Assembly (NCBI GenBank): GCA_965261085.1 | Contig: OZ253442.1 | Coordinates: 3,552,001 to 3,616,000 of the forward strand | Direction: 5' to 3' | DNA: 64,000 nucleotides | Source: a bacterium | Lineage (GTDB): Bacteria; UBA8248 | In this document: positions 11,357 to 22,338 of the stretch, in pieces | Layout of the letters: the number at the start of each line of letters is the position of its first letter | Position numbering within the stretch: the first letter of the stretch is position 1 | Notes under the pieces: model-generated | What the model was told of the DNA's origin: nothing | Database searches by the model: none | The model's input: only the letters and a program-made list of their open reading frames with translations | Program-made: the position numbers and the translations under genes

Positions 11357-12541
11357 CTAGGCGACGCGCTCCAGAACGACGGCCACCCCCTGGCCCCCGC
11401 CGATGCAGGCGCTGACGACGCCGAACTGCTCACCTCTTTGCGCGAGCGCGCTGAGACAAGTGGCGATAATCTTTCCGCCCGTAGCACCCACCGGATGCCC
11501 GAGAGCGATGGCGCCGCCGTGTACGTTGAGCTTTTTCCTGTCCCATTCGAGTTCGCGCTCACAAGCGATGACCTGGGCGGCGAACGCCTCGTTCACCTCG
11601 ATCAGATCCATATCCGCAAGCGAAAGCCCCGCGCGTTCGAGCGCCTTGGGTATTGCCGTGACGGGCCCCAGCCCCATGTAGCGGGGCTCCACGCCCGTCG
11701 AGGCGTAGCCGCGCAGGATGGCGATGGGTTTTACGCCCAATTCGTCCGCCTTCTCCTTGGACGCCAGTACGAGGGCGGAGGCCGCATCCGCCTGACAGCA
11801 CGAATTACCGGGGGTGACGGAACCGTTCTTGTCGAAAACGGGCTTGAGCCTGCCGAGTTTTTCCATCGACATGCCGCTGCGCGGCGTCTCGTCCTTATCG
11901 AACACGTTCACCTCGCCTTTGCGCCCCTTGAGTTCGATCGGCGCGATTTCCCCGGCGAACCTGCCTCCCTCGATGGCCGCTAATGCCTTCTCCTGGCTTT
12001 CGAGCGCGTACTCGTCCTGCTCCTCACGGCTCAGGTTGTATCGCTCCACCAGATTCTCGGCCGTCACGCCCATGAGTTGTCCCGAAAGGGGATCTTCATA
12101 GCCGTCCTTGTAGATCAGATCCAGAAACTGCGCGTGGCCGAAGCGGTTCCCCCACCTGGCGCACGGGTTCACGAAGGGCACGTTGGATGTGCTCTCCACG
12201 CCTCCGGCCAGGACGACCTCCGCATCGCCCGCGCGAATCGCCTGGGCGGCCAGGGCGGCGGCCTTGATGCTCGAGCCGCAGCGCTTGTTGATCGTGTAGG
12301 CGGGCGTCTCGTTGGGAAGACCCGCGCCCACCGAGATGAGCCGCGCGGAATTCGGCCCCACGCCCGCCTGCCATCCGTGGCCGATGATGGTCTCGTCGAA
12401 ATGTTCCGGCTCCACGCCCGATCTTTGAATAGCCTCTCGCGCGATGCGCACGCCCAACTCCGGTGCGGTCATGCCCTTGAGCGCGCCGCCGAAGGCCCCG
12501 CCCGGAGAACGAACGCTGCTGAGAATGACGACTTCTTTCAT
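11357..12541 (-). CDS. acetyl-CoA C-acyltransferase (thiolase)
   Basis: NKRCGSS catalytic Cys, NEAFA, GHPVGATG, CIGGGQG. Confidence 0.95.
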   Translation of the reverse strand: MKEVVILSSVRSPGGAFGGALKGMTAPELGVRIAREAIQRSGVEPEHFDETIIGHGWQAGVGPNSARLISVGAGLPNETPAYTINKRCGSSIKAAALAAQAIRAGDAEVVLAGGVESTSNVPFVNPCARWGNRFGHAQFLDLIYKDGYEDPLSGQLMGVTAENLVERYNLSREEQDEYALESQEKALAAIEGGRFAGEIAPIELKGRKGEVNVFDKDETPRSGMSMEKLGRLKPVFDKNGSVTPGNSCCQADAASALVLASKEKADELGVKPIAILRGYASTGVEPRYMGLGPVTAIPKALERAGLSLADMDLIEVNEAFAAQVIACERELEWDRKKLNVHGGAIALGHPVGATGGKIIATCLSALAQRGEQFGVVSACIGGGQGVAVVLERVA

Positions 12542-12744
12542 ATAAGCCCTCAATTTTCAAAGAGATAAATTTCTCTCCCCTCAAAAGGTTCAAAATTCAG
12601 GGAAGAGAAGCCAATTTCAGAAATGGTATTTCCATGCGTCAGGGGTTCTTATGGCATATCTCGAACGCGATAGGCAAGGAATGATGCGCATCACGAACGC
12701 ATGGAACCGAGCGACCTGGGTGCGAAACGCCGCCGACGAAAGCG

Positions 12745-13710
12745 CTATCCCCGCAAACTCTCCAGCAGCTTCAGAAAATCCGCCGGGGGTTCGGACACCA
12801 ACTCCCGCTCCTCCCCGTCGATGGGGTGGCGGAAAGACAACCTGTGCGCATGGAGCGCTTGTCTGTCGATGGAGTTCTGCTGATTGGATTTTGTTTTCTT
12901 ACGCGGCCCTCTCGGCAAGCGGCCCAGGCCGTACACCGGATCGCCCAGGACGGGATGCCCGATGTAGCTCATGTGCACCCTGATCTGGTGCGTTCTGCCC
13001 GTCTCAAGCGTTACACCCAAAAGCGATGCGTCTCCCAGTACCTCGCGGACAGCGTAATGGGTCACCGCGCGGCGACCGCTCTCGACGACCGCCATGGCCG
13101 TCCGATGAGTAGGATGCCGGCCGATGGGAGCGTCTATCGTCCCTTCCCCCTGCGCGGGGATCCCCCGGACGATGGCCAGGTAGTGCCGGTGAATCCGGCG
13201 CGCCTTGAGGTCTGCGGAGAGTTTTCTGTGCGCCGGGTCCGTTTTCGCCGCAATCAGTAGGCCGGACGTATCCTTGTCGAGCCGGTGAACGATGCCGGGC
13301 CTCTCCACCCCGCCGATGCCCGAAAGCTGCCCTCTGCAGTGATGCAAAAGAGCCGCGGCCAGGGTTCCCTTGCGCTGGCCGGCGCCGGGGTGAACCACCA
13401 TGCCGGGCGGCTTGTTGATGACGAGAAGATGCGCGTCTTCGTACCGAACATCGAGCGCAATCTCTTCGGCCTCGATGTGGGAGGGTTCGGGCGGTGGGAT
13501 CCTCACGAAGATGCGCGCGCCGCTTTCGATGCTATGCGCCGTTTTCTTCTCCACCCTGCCATTGACGGACACCATGCCGTCTCTGATGAGTCCCTGCGCG
13601 CGAGAGCGGGAGAGTTCCTGGAGATTTTTCGCCAGAAACGAATCGATGCGCTTGGCGCCCTCATGGCAGGTCAACGCATAGGTCTTCTCGCCCCCGTCTC
13701 CCATATTCAT
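12745..13710 (-). CDS. rluD: RluA/RluD family pseudouridine synthase
   Basis: S4 domain, NKPPGMVVHP, HRLDKDTSG, TGRTHQIRVH, QALHA. Confidence 0.9.
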   Translation of the reverse strand: MNMGDGGEKTYALTCHEGAKRIDSFLAKNLQELSRSRAQGLIRDGMVSVNGRVEKKTAHSIESGARIFVRIPPPEPSHIEAEEIALDVRYEDAHLLVINKPPGMVVHPGAGQRKGTLAAALLHHCRGQLSGIGGVERPGIVHRLDKDTSGLLIAAKTDPAHRKLSADLKARRIHRHYLAIVRGIPAQGEGTIDAPIGRHPTHRTAMAVVESGRRAVTHYAVREVLGDASLLGVTLETGRTHQIRVHMSYIGHPVLGDPVYGLGRLPRGPRKKTKSNQQNSIDRQALHAHRLSFRHPIDGEERELVSEPPADFLKLLESLRG

Positions 13711-14255
13711 ACCTTGAGGAGAGTGACGATGAGGCGCGTTCTGGAATAGAGCGTCCCCCGAACCTGATCGCCCGGCGCCAGGATGTCATGGTAGCCCTGC
13801 GCGGCTATAAACCATCCTTCTTTCACGATTTTTCCGCTCCCGAGAGTCAGCGGGCGCATCCCCACGCCGCGAACGATTTGGAGATGATACTTCTCCTCCA
13901 GAAAAGCCAGCTTGTTCCAGAAGATGTAGGAGGCTTTGGACGCCACCCGGCCCTCGAAGCTCACGGGTTCGCCCATCAGATCTCTCAGCGCGCGCGAGGT
14001 TCTCCAGAATGAATAGGCGAGAAAAACGCCCAGAACAGAAGCGGCGACGTAGAAGATGGCCTCGTGCGCGATGGGCCGCCGCGCGATTAAAAATCCCAGG
14101 CCCGAAATACACGCCAGAGAAACCAGGCTCCAGAAAACAGACGTGTTCCATAAATAATGGCGCGCATAGCTGCGCGCCCTGGTCGCCGAGCCTACAGAGG
14201 GATTGTTTTGACTGGAATGGGAACCCGAAAACGAGAAAGGGCCTAACATCTCCAC
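13707..14255 (-). CDS. hypothetical membrane protein (2 TM plus C-terminal beta-rich domain)
   Basis: Two hydrophobic segments; stop overlaps the rluD start (ATGA); fills the gap in the operon. Confidence 0.65.
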   Translation of the reverse strand: MEMLGPFSFSGSHSSQNNPSVGSATRARSYARHYLWNTSVFWSLVSLACISGLGFLIARRPIAHEAIFYVAASVLGVFLAYSFWRTSRALRDLMGEPVSFEGRVASKASYIFWNKLAFLEEKYHLQIVRGVGMRPLTLGSGKIVKEGWFIAAQGYHDILAPGDQVRGTLYSRTRLIVTLLKV

Positions 14256-14353
14256 CCCTTAAAATAAGGAGAATCGACCGGCGCGCGAAGGCCGGCTATT
14301 CACTTAAGGAATCGCTCTCCTTAAAACTTGGGCCGCCCCGCGCGACGCCTCGC

Positions 14354-14863
14354 CTATCCGCCCTTCCCGATTGATGCGGTTTCGCCCTGCCCCCGAAAGA
14401 GGTCGACTATCATCAGACCGACCCCCACCGTGATCCCTGAGTCCGCGAGGTTGAACGCGGGCCAATGGTATTGCCCGTAATAAAACAGCAGGTAATCGAT
14501 CACCTCGCCATAGGCGACCCTGTCGACCAGGTTTCCCAGCCCCCCGCCAAAAACGAGAATCATGCCCGCTCTTCCCCAGAGGTTTCCCGGCGGGTGAGAG
14601 CGGTATAGATAGAGGACGAAGGCCAACGCCGCCAGGGTGGCGCAGATGAAAAACAATCGACCCCACAGGGGAGGCAGGCCGTCGAGAATGCTGAACGCCC
14701 CGCCTGAATTTCTCAAATATACGAGATTGAAAAAACCCGGAACAACGGGGAGCGACTCACCGAAGGTGAAACTTTTATCGACGATTTGTTTGACAACCTG
14801 ATCGGCCAAGGCGAAAAGAGCAGCAATGAGAAAAAACGGTTTGAGCCCCCGCGCTTCGCTCAC
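14354..14863 (-). CDS. lspA: lipoprotein signal peptidase II
   Basis: [28 protein letters not shown]; GTGA overlap with the ileS stop. Confidence 0.95.
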   Translation of the reverse strand: MSEARGLKPFFLIAALFALADQVVKQIVDKSFTFGESLPVVPGFFNLVYLRNSGGAFSILDGLPPLWGRLFFICATLAALAFVLYLYRSHPPGNLWGRAGMILVFGGGLGNLVDRVAYGEVIDYLLFYYGQYHWPAFNLADSGITVGVGLMIVDLFRGQGETASIGKGG

Positions 14864-17727
14864 GAAAGCACCTTCGCGGCGATGCGGGCGCAGCGCGCCG
14901 AGAGGTCGGGAAAGCGTGGATCTGCGCCCACGTCTTCTGAAATTTTCCACGACATGGCGCATTTCGCCCCCCGCGCCTCGCTCACTTCGACGGCCAGACC
15001 CTCTACATCCTCACTGCGGTAGGCATCGCCTAAAGGCGCCTCGCCTGCGCTTGCGAGCGCGGCGCCCGAGACGATGAATACGTCTTCCATCTCGGGCTCC
15101 AAGGCCTCCAGCCTCTCGCGCATCTTCTCCTCGGCGAAGAGCCTCACGCTGAAATTGAGCGAACTTCCCTTGCCCTTTTCCTGGGTCTGGCGAACGAGTT
15201 CGAGCGCCTTGAGCACCTCGCCCCTCGCGCGCATGAGCGGGTCCCATTTCTCTTCGAGAACCTCATCACGCCGCGCGGCGTCGACTTCGGGCAAAGAGGC
15301 CAGGTGAACGCTCTCGCCATGCAGTTTCGGCGTGAGCAGATAGGCTTCTTCCGCCGTGAAGGGCAGGATCGGCGCCATCATCCGGAGCAGCGCATCCAGA
15401 ATGTCGTGCATGGTGCTCAAGCCCGATATTCTGTCCACATCATCGGGCAGCGAGACGTAGAGCCTGTCTTTGAGCACATCGAGATAGAACGAAGACAAAT
15501 CTACTGCGCAGAAGTTATTGAGCGCATGGTAGACGGTATGAAACTCATAATCGGCATAGGCCTGCCGCACGCGCTCGATGAGCTTGTCCAGACGGCTGAT
15601 GATGAGCCTGTCGATCTCTATGCGCTCGGGCAGCGGAACCGCGTCCTTGCCGGGGTCGAAACTCTCATAGTCCCTCAGATTGCCCAGCAGGAAGCGGCAC
15701 GTATTTCTTATCCGGCGGTAGGCCTCGGCCATGCGGTCCAGAATTTGCGGGGAAATACGAATGTCTTCCCTGTAATTCTCTCCCGCCACCCAAAGCCTCA
15801 GGATTTCAGCGCCGTATCTCTTGATGATCTTCTCGGGCGCAATCGTATTGCCCAGGGATTTGCTCATCTTCTTGCCCTTGCCGTCCACCACGTAGCCGTG
15901 GGTGAGCACCTCCCGGTAGGGCGCCGCATCCCTGACGCCCACGGCGGCGAGCAGGGAGCTGTGGAACCAGCCGCGGTGCTGATCGCTGCCTTCAAGGTAC
16001 ATATCGGCAGGCCAGGTGAGTTCTTCTCTTTTTTCCATGACGGCCGCCTGGCTCACGCCCGAATCGAACCACACGTCGAGAATGTCGGTCTCTTTCCTGA
16101 ACGACGCGCCGCCGCATTCGGGGCACGTATACCCCGGCGGCAGAAGCTCTCCGGGCTGCTTTTCGAACCAGACGTCCGCGCCACCCTCTTCCATCAAGTC
16201 CGCCACGCGGTGCGCCACCTCCGCATCCACGACCACGTGCGCGCAACCCTCGCAATGAAAGGCGACGATGGGGACTCCCCAGGAGCGCTGGCGCGAGATA
16301 CACCAGTCCGGCCTGTTCTCCACCATCCCGTAGATGCGCTCCTCACCCCAGGGCGGCACCCAGGCCACCTTGCGAATTTCTTCGAGCGAGCGTTTTCTCA
16401 AATCGCCGTGCTCCATCGAGATGAACCACTGGGGCGTCGCTCGGAAGATGGTCGGTCTGTGGCTGCGCCAGTCGTGCGGATAGGGGTGGGTGTAATCCTC
16501 CACCGCGAACAGACGACCCGAATCGCGCAGATGCGCAATGATGTTCGGGTCCGCGTCGAAGACGAACTGGCCGGCGAAATGCGCCACGTCGGCGGTGAAT
16601 TTTCCGTCATCCGCTATGGGGCTGTAGACTTCGAGGCCGTATTTGAGGCCGGTCTCGTAGTCCTCGCGTCCGTGGCCGGGGGCGGTGTGCACGACGCCCG
16701 TTCCCTGATCGAGGGTGACGTAATCGGCCTGCACGACGAGCGAGTCGCGCTCCACCCAGGGATGCCGCGCGCGCAAGCCCTCGATCTGTCCCCCCTGAAA
16801 GCTCGTCACTTTCTCGAAGCCAGCGCTCGCCCCTTCTTTTTCGGCCAACGCTTTGAGCCGGGGCAGGAAGTGCTCATGGAATATCAAGAGTTCATCCCCA
16901 TGGCGGAACACGCCATATTCCAAAGACGCACTGAAGGCCAGCGCCAGATTCGCGGGCAGCGTCCAGGGCGTCGTCGTCCAGATGAGGACGCTTACCTGCG
17001 AACCTTCGGCGGCCTCGCCCAGATCGGGAATCTTCTCCGCCCAGCTTGTGAGTTGCTCCTCGGCGATGGGGAACTTCACATAGATGCTCGGCGTGGTGAT
17101 GTCCTCATACTCGACTTCCGCCTCGGCCAGCGCCGTTCGCAGGCCCGGCGCCCAGTGCACGGGTTTCAAGCCCAGATACACGCCCCCGCGCTCGATGAAG
17201 CGCGCCAGTTCGCGCACCGTGGCCGCCTCGTAGTCATAGCTCATGGTGAGGTAGGGCCGCTCCCAGTCTCCAAAGACGCCCAGCCGCTTGAACTCGTCCC
17301 GTTGGATGTCGATGTATTTCTCGGCGTATTCGCGGCACATCTTGCGCTTTTGAACCTCGTCGATCTCGAAGCGCTTGCGGCCGAGTTCCTTATCCACCTG
17401 GTGTTCGATCGGAAGCCCGTGGCAATCCCATCCCGGCACGTAGACGGCGTCGAAACCGGCCATCTGCTTCGATTTCACCACGACGTCCTTCAGAATCTTG
17501 TTCAGCACCGTTCCCAGATGGATATGCCCGTTCGCATAGGGGGGGCCGTCGTGAAGAACGTATTTCGTCCGGCCCTGCGATGCGTCCCTGATTTTCTCGT
17601 AAATGTCCTGCTCCGCCCAGGCGTCGAGCATCTGCGGCTCACGCTGGGGCAGGTTCCCCTTCATGGGAAACGAGGTCTTGGGCAGGTTCAGCAGTTCCTT
17701 GTAGTTCGTCGTCATTTTCTCTCTCAT
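14860..17727 (-). CDS. ileS: isoleucine-tRNA ligase (bacterial type 1)
   Basis: [44 protein letters not shown]; start may be ATG 17715. Confidence 0.98.
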   Translation of the reverse strand: MREKMTTNYKELLNLPKTSFPMKGNLPQREPQMLDAWAEQDIYEKIRDASQGRTKYVLHDGPPYANGHIHLGTVLNKILKDVVVKSKQMAGFDAVYVPGWDCHGLPIEHQVDKELGRKRFEIDEVQKRKMCREYAEKYIDIQRDEFKRLGVFGDWERPYLTMSYDYEAATVRELARFIERGGVYLGLKPVHWAPGLRTALAEAEVEYEDITTPSIYVKFPIAEEQLTSWAEKIPDLGEAAEGSQVSVLIWTTTPWTLPANLALAFSASLEYGVFRHGDELLIFHEHFLPRLKALAEKEGASAGFEKVTSFQGGQIEGLRARHPWVERDSLVVQADYVTLDQGTGVVHTAPGHGREDYETGLKYGLEVYSPIADDGKFTADVAHFAGQFVFDADPNIIAHLRDSGRLFAVEDYTHPYPHDWRSHRPTIFRATPQWFISMEHGDLRKRSLEEIRKVAWVPPWGEERIYGMVENRPDWCISRQRSWGVPIVAFHCEGCAHVVVDAEVAHRVADLMEEGGADVWFEKQPGELLPPGYTCPECGGASFRKETDILDVWFDSGVSQAAVMEKREELTWPADMYLEGSDQHRGWFHSSLLAAVGVRDAAPYREVLTHGYVVDGKGKKMSKSLGNTIAPEKIIKRYGAEILRLWVAGENYREDIRISPQILDRMAEAYRRIRNTCRFLLGNLRDYESFDPGKDAVPLPERIEIDRLIISRLDKLIERVRQAYADYEFHTVYHALNNFCAVDLSSFYLDVLKDRLYVSLPDDVDRISGLSTMHDILDALLRMMAPILPFTAEEAYLLTPKLHGESVHLASLPEVDAARRDEVLEEKWDPLMRARGEVLKALELVRQTQEKGKGSSLNFSVRLFAEEKMRERLEALEPEMEDVFIVSGAALASAGEAPLGDAYRSEDVEGLAVEVSEARGAKCAMSWKISEDVGADPRFPDLSARCARIAAKVLS

Positions 17728-17734
17728 TCAACCT

Positions 17735-18757
17735 CTACGTTTGGTTCATCGCCGATACGGGCGCAGAGGGTATGCCCGCCGCCTCCCTCACCAGGCGCAT
17801 CGTTTTTTGCGCCTCCGCCCTGGCCTTTGCGCCACCTTCGGCCAGAACGTCTTCTACATAGTCGATATCCTGTTCCAGGCGCTTTCTCTCTTCCCGGTAA
17901 GGCGCGAAATAGGCATCAATCCGCTCATACAGAATTTGCTTCGCGTGGCCGTAGCCGAACCCGGGCGTTTGGTATTTATCTCTCAACTCCTCTCGTTCCG
18001 CCTCGTCCGAGAACAGTTCATACAAGGAAAACAAATTACAGGTATCCGGATCTTTCGGCTCTTCGAGCGGCGTCGAGTCGGTGACGATCGACATCACGCG
18101 CTTTCTCAAGCGTTTGCCCTCCTCGAAAATCTCTATCGTGTTGTCGTAGCTCTTGCTCATCTTCTGGCCGTCCAAGCCCGGCACCTTGGCCCCCGCGTCG
18201 AGCCTGACGGTGGGCAGGGGGAAGATTTCCCCATAGGCGCCGTTGAAAGCCAGGGCCATGTCCCGCGTCATCTCGAGATGCTGAACCTGGTCTTCTCCCA
18301 CGGGCACGATGGTGGAGCGGTAAATGAGGATATCGGCGGCCATGAGCATCGGGTAATAGAAAAGCCCCACCGAGGGAGTAATGCCCCTCGCCACCTTGTC
18401 CTTAAACGAAGTGGCGCGGTCGAGAAGCCCCTTTCCCGTGACGGCGGAGAGCATCCAGGCGAGTTCGTTCACCTCGGGCACGTCGGACTGGCGGAAGAAA
18501 ACTGCTTTTTCAGGGTCCAGCCCCAGGGCGAGGTAGTCCATCGCCACGGCAAGCGTCTGCTCCGCCAGCAAGTCCTTGTCCTGCACCGTCGTCATGGCGT
18601 GATAGTTCGCGATGAAGTAGAAGGCCTCGGCCTCATCCTGGAGTGCGATGTGCTGTCTGAGCGCGCCGAAATAATTGCCCAGGTGCAGTTTTCCCGAGGG
18701 CTGCACGCCGGAGAGAAACCGCGTGGGTCGGCTTGTCTGCTCTTGACCATCCGTCAT
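17735..18757 (-). CDS. trpS: tryptophan-tRNA ligase
   Basis: SGVQPSG.LHLGNY, YPMLMAADIL, VPVGEDQ, KMSKSY. Confidence 0.97.
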   Translation of the reverse strand: MTDGQEQTSRPTRFLSGVQPSGKLHLGNYFGALRQHIALQDEAEAFYFIANYHAMTTVQDKDLLAEQTLAVAMDYLALGLDPEKAVFFRQSDVPEVNELAWMLSAVTGKGLLDRATSFKDKVARGITPSVGLFYYPMLMAADILIYRSTIVPVGEDQVQHLEMTRDMALAFNGAYGEIFPLPTVRLDAGAKVPGLDGQKMSKSYDNTIEIFEEGKRLRKRVMSIVTDSTPLEEPKDPDTCNLFSLYELFSDEAEREELRDKYQTPGFGYGHAKQILYERIDAYFAPYREERKRLEQDIDYVEDVLAEGGAKARAEAQKTMRLVREAAGIPSAPVSAMNQT

Positions 18758-18794
18758 CTGAGTGCCCTTCATCCGCATCCCGTCAAGAAACTCT

Positions 18795-19466
18795 CTACGC
18801 CAAACCGAAGATTCTGAGAAGATTTATCACAAAAACCTGCTCGGCCGCAGCCAGAGCAACGAAAATCGGCATCATGATCTTGTGCAGAACTCCCAGCAGC
18901 AGCAAGCCCAGCACGATGAAAAAACCGAACGACTCCATGCGCGAGTATTGCCACGCCATGCGCCTGGGCAAAAGCCCCATCACGATCCTGCCCCCGTCGA
19001 AGGGGAGGATGGGAATCAGGTTGAACGCCGCGAGCGCGGTGTTGATGGTGAAGCTCGCCCGCAGCATCAACAAAAGCGGCTCGCCCACGAAGGTCGCGCC
19101 CAGACCCCAGCGGCGCATAATGTGAAACAAAAAAGCGCTGATAATGGCCAGAATGAAATTCGCCGCCGGTCCCGCCAGCGCCACCCACATCATTCCGCGC
19201 CTGGGATGACGGAAATTGCGCGGATTCACCGGCACCGGCTTCGCCCAGCCGAAGCCCACGCCCCCCACCATGGAGATGACGAAGGCGAGCGTCCCCATCG
19301 GGTCGAGATGGACGATGGGGTTCAAATTCAAACGGCCCAGCATGCGGGCGGTGTTGTCGCCCAGCTTGTCGGCCACCCAGCCGTGGGCCACCTCGTGGAA
19401 GGTGAGCGCCAGCAGAATGGCCGGTATCGCAATCAGCAACTGCTGAATGAAATCGGATGAGAACAA
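18795..19466 (-). CDS. site-2 protease (M50) family
   Basis: HEVAH, GWAKPVPVN, AGPAAN, FNLIPILPFDG. Confidence 0.93.
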   Translation of the reverse strand: MFSSDFIQQLLIAIPAILLALTFHEVAHGWVADKLGDNTARMLGRLNLNPIVHLDPMGTLAFVISMVGGVGFGWAKPVPVNPRNFRHPRRGMMWVALAGPAANFILAIISAFLFHIMRRWGLGATFVGEPLLLMLRASFTINTALAAFNLIPILPFDGGRIVMGLLPRRMAWQYSRMESFGFFIVLGLLLLGVLHKIMMPIFVALAAAEQVFVINLLRIFGLA

Positions 19467-19619
19467 GACAGTCCCTTACCGCGACGAGAGAACCGACGAT
19501 GAAGCAGGCGACATGAACCCGGAAGTTTCCGGCGGCGGAAGTTTCACCCGCAAACTCGCTGGATTCTATGGGCTTGGGCGGAGAGGGTCAAACCCGAAAC
19601 GCGCCATGAAACGCCGACT

Positions 19620-20180
19620 TTAAGCCTTTCCCGCCTTGCCGAACGCATCCCGGAAGAAAATCTCGGCGGGGTCTTTGCGCGCGGGCGGCTTGTTGTCCTT
19701 CGCCTGGACTTCGGGATGCAAGTCCTCGGTCTTGCCCGGATACCCCACGGCGAACAGGGCCGCGACGCGAAACGGCGCCGGAATGCCGAAGTTCTCGAGC
19801 ACCTTCGGCTCGTCCCACCCCGCCATGGCGTGCACGGTCAGCCCGAAATCACTGCCCTGGAGCAGGAGATTCTCGAGCGCCATGCCCACGTCGAGCAGGT
19901 ATCGATCCTGCCCGTTACGCTCGGGCTGCTCCTCGGGGTTTCCGAGGATGATCATCTTGAGCGGCGCCGCGGTCGCCCACTGGAGATTCCCCTCGCTCAG
20001 GCATTCGTTGAACTTCGCTTGCGCCTCTTCGGATTGCACGACGATGACGCGCCAGGGCTGGCGATTGTTCGAGGACGGCGCCCAGCGGAACGCCTCGAGC
20101 AGGGCTTCGATTTTTTCCGGCTCGGGCGGCACGCCGTTAAAAGCGCGGAGACTCCTGCGGTTCTTGATGAGTGGGTGCAT
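19620..20180 (-). CDS. nitroreductase family protein
   Basis: RRSLRAF, APSSNNRQPW, VGYP. Confidence 0.92.
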   Translation of the reverse strand: MHPLIKNRRSLRAFNGVPPEPEKIEALLEAFRWAPSSNNRQPWRVIVVQSEEAQAKFNECLSEGNLQWATAAPLKMIILGNPEEQPERNGQDRYLLDVGMALENLLLQGSDFGLTVHAMAGWDEPKVLENFGIPAPFRVAALFAVGYPGKTEDLHPEVQAKDNKPPARKDPAEIFFRDAFGKAGKA

Positions 20181-20376
20181 CTGTTTCTTCCTCCTGAATG
20201 AACAAAAAAGATCAAAACAAAGTAGCTATTTATACCGAACACGCAATACAAACAACTTCTCCATCAATTACATTCGCAAATACAGAGCAAACCCGGCAAA
20301 GATTAGCGCTCATGGACGATTCGTTATATAAACAGGGAACGAAACAAAACAACCATATATCTTGGTTTGGTTTTGC

Positions 20377-20406
20377 TTGACATCAATACGATTCGACGCT
20401 TATATT
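20377..20406 (+). promoter_or_regulatory. sigma70 promoter of the hairpin-RNA/Abi locus
   Basis: TTGACA (20377-20382), 18-nt spacer, TATATT (20401-20406). Confidence 0.75.
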
Positions 20407-20412
20407 AGATTC

Positions 20413-20476
20413 AACATAGCCACCACGCCTCTCTCAATGATGTCTATTGATGATGCGGACCTTGGTGGCTTTTTTA
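20413..20476 (+). ncRNA. candidate abiF-type RNA (antitoxin/terminator hairpin) upstream of the Abi gene
   Basis: AGCCACCA (20418-25) pairs with TGGTGGCT (20463-70), followed by a T-run; inner TCAAT/ATTGA stem; lies between the promoter and the Abi start. Confidence 0.55.
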
Positions 20477-20498
20477 TGCTTGGGTTTTGGACGATCTA

Positions 20499-21404
20499 AT
20501 GCTCGAAATCTATCGAAAACCGGCTCTTACCTTTGATCAGCAATTGGATCTACTCAGTAAGCGTGGTTTGGTCATAGACGACAGGGCTTACGCCTTATCT
20601 AAACTCAAGGCCATCAACTATTTCCGCCTAAGCGCCTACTGTTATCCGTTCCGTATTCGAGACGAGCATTCCAATATAATGAGCAATTTTATCCAAGGCG
20701 CAAACTTTGGCGAAGTCATCAAACTGTATGAATTCGACCGCCATTTAAGATTGCTGGTCATGGACGCCATGGAAATGATGGAAGTTTATATCCGCACTTT
20801 AATCGCGTATCACCTCGGCCATACATACGGTCCTTTCGGGCATACCGACGCATCGTATTTTCATTCAACGTTCGACCATGCGCAATGGCTTGAAAAAATA
20901 GAAGAAGAGGTGAAACGCTCCAATGACACCTTTATAAAGCACTACAAGCGCAAGTATTCGGGTTTTCCTACTTTGCCGATCTGGATGAGCGCAGAAGTAA
21001 TGTCGCTCGGAAGTTTATCTTTCGGTTATACTGGCTTAAAAAACGACGACAAGAGAGCGATTTCTCGGCAATTGGGCCTTCACCATTATAAATTGAAGGA
21101 TTGGCTACATAAGCTGACATATGTCCGTAATGTGTGTGCTCATCACAGTCGGCTTTGGAACAGATCGCTTTCAATTCGTCCTGCAACCACGCGCGGCCGG
21201 GCCAGAAACCAGTCGACTACACTGAGAAACGATCGCATCTTCTTCATCCTCTTGGTGTTGCGCTATTTATTGAAGACCACGGACGATGGAGACCGCTGGC
21301 GCCAACGATGTACGGATTTGATTGATCCGATTGCTCAGCAGAGGCGTTGGCGTCTCGCCATGGGGCTGCCGGAGGACTGGAAAAAGCATCCGATATGGCG
21401 CTAA
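20499..21404 (+). CDS. Abi family (Abi_2/AbiD-F) HEPN protein
   Basis: KP.LT..QQL.LL..RGL, INYFRLS.Y, LYEFD..LR, LPIW..EV.S.G.LS, RNVCAH HEPN motif; lower GC than flanks. Confidence 0.9.
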   Translation: MLEIYRKPALTFDQQLDLLSKRGLVIDDRAYALSKLKAINYFRLSAYCYPFRIRDEHSNIMSNFIQGANFGEVIKLYEFDRHLRLLVMDAMEMMEVYIRTLIAYHLGHTYGPFGHTDASYFHSTFDHAQWLEKIEEEVKRSNDTFIKHYKRKYSGFPTLPIWMSAEVMSLGSLSFGYTGLKNDDKRAISRQLGLHHYKLKDWLHKLTYVRNVCAHHSRLWNRSLSIRPATTRGRARNQSTTLRNDRIFFILLVLRYLLKTTDDGDRWRQRCTDLIDPIAQQRRWRLAMGLPEDWKKHPIWR

Positions 21405-21510
21405 AAAATCAAAAACGTCCCACGCATAATGACGCTTCAACAAAAAGTCGCGACATGATTCCACAATTCCGCGGCGCATGATAGCCGAATAGGGATTTGG
21501 CGGGGAGCCT

Positions 21511-22338
21511 TTACCCGGGATTCTCGAACCGGGCGTCGCGCCACGCGACGGCGGCGCGCAAGCCCTCGGTTCGCGCAATCTCAAGGAACCTGGCCTTATC
21601 CCCGGTTCCCCTGCCCTCTATCATCAAGTCGATGTCGAGCGCGGCCTCGAGCGCGCGACCCATTCCCATGATCTCAAGGCTGCGGTTCACCGCCAGCTTG
21701 GTCGCCCGCAGGAGGCTCTGGTCCATCGGCGTCATCTTCTTCGCCACGGACATGGCGGTATCGAGCACCTCCGCCTCTGGAACCACCCGGTTCACCAGGC
21801 CCATGCGATGGGCCTCGCGGGCCGAAATGCCGTCCTCCCCGGTCAGGAGTATCTCTTTCGCCAGCTTGGGGTTCGTGAGCCAGGGCAGCAGCATGACGAC
21901 GATTCCTGCGCCGAATTTGAGTTCCGGCTCGCCGAACACGGCATCCTCCGCCGCCACCGTGATGTCACACGCCAGCGCAAGTTCACAGCCTCCCGCCAGG
22001 GCGTGTCCGCAAACGGCGGCGACCGTGGGCTTGGAGAGATTCCAAAAGCGCATGACGGCGTCGAAATCCTGCCGGAGCGCGCGCCTCCATTCGGCGAAGC
22101 CGGCGGGCGTGTTCTCCGCCTGTTCCTTCAAGTCGAAGCCAGAGGAAAACGATTTCCCCTCCCCCGTGAGAACGGCGACGAAAATCGAATCCTCCGCTTC
22201 TATCAAATCACACGCTTCGTTCAACTCGCGCAGCATCGTGCGGTTCATGGCGTTCAGCCGCTCGGGGCGGTTCAGGCTCACGAGCGCGACATGCCCGCGC
22301 ACCTCGAACAATAGCGTCTCGAAAACAGGCGCGTTCAT
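21511..22338 (-). CDS. enoyl-CoA hydratase/isomerase family
   Basis: LNRPERLNA, FSSGFDL, ALAGGCEL, FGEPE. Confidence 0.92.
   Translation of the reverse strand: MNAPVFETLLFEVRGHVALVSLNRPERLNAMNRTMLRELNEACDLIEAEDSIFVAVLTGEGKSFSSGFDLKEQAENTPAGFAEWRRALRQDFDAVMRFWNLSKPTVAAVCGHALAGGCELALACDITVAAEDAVFGEPELKFGAGIVVMLLPWLTNPKLAKEILLTGEDGISAREAHRMGLVNRVVPEAEVLDTAMSVAKKMTPMDQSLLRATKLAVNRSLEIMGMGRALEAALDIDLMIEGRGTGDKARFLEIARTEGLRAAVAWRDARFENPG

Noticed and set aside
15304-18084. 926-aa plus-strand ORF
   Set aside because: Antisense shadow of ileS/trpS caused by high GC3; no motifs
19467-19619. T-box leader for the trpS-ileS operon
   Set aside because: No T-box consensus or terminator/antiterminator visible, and the region is too short
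20195-21490. Direct repeats bounding the Abi insert (AACAAAAA..CCGAA)
   Set aside because: Similarity is too short and degenerate to call a duplication
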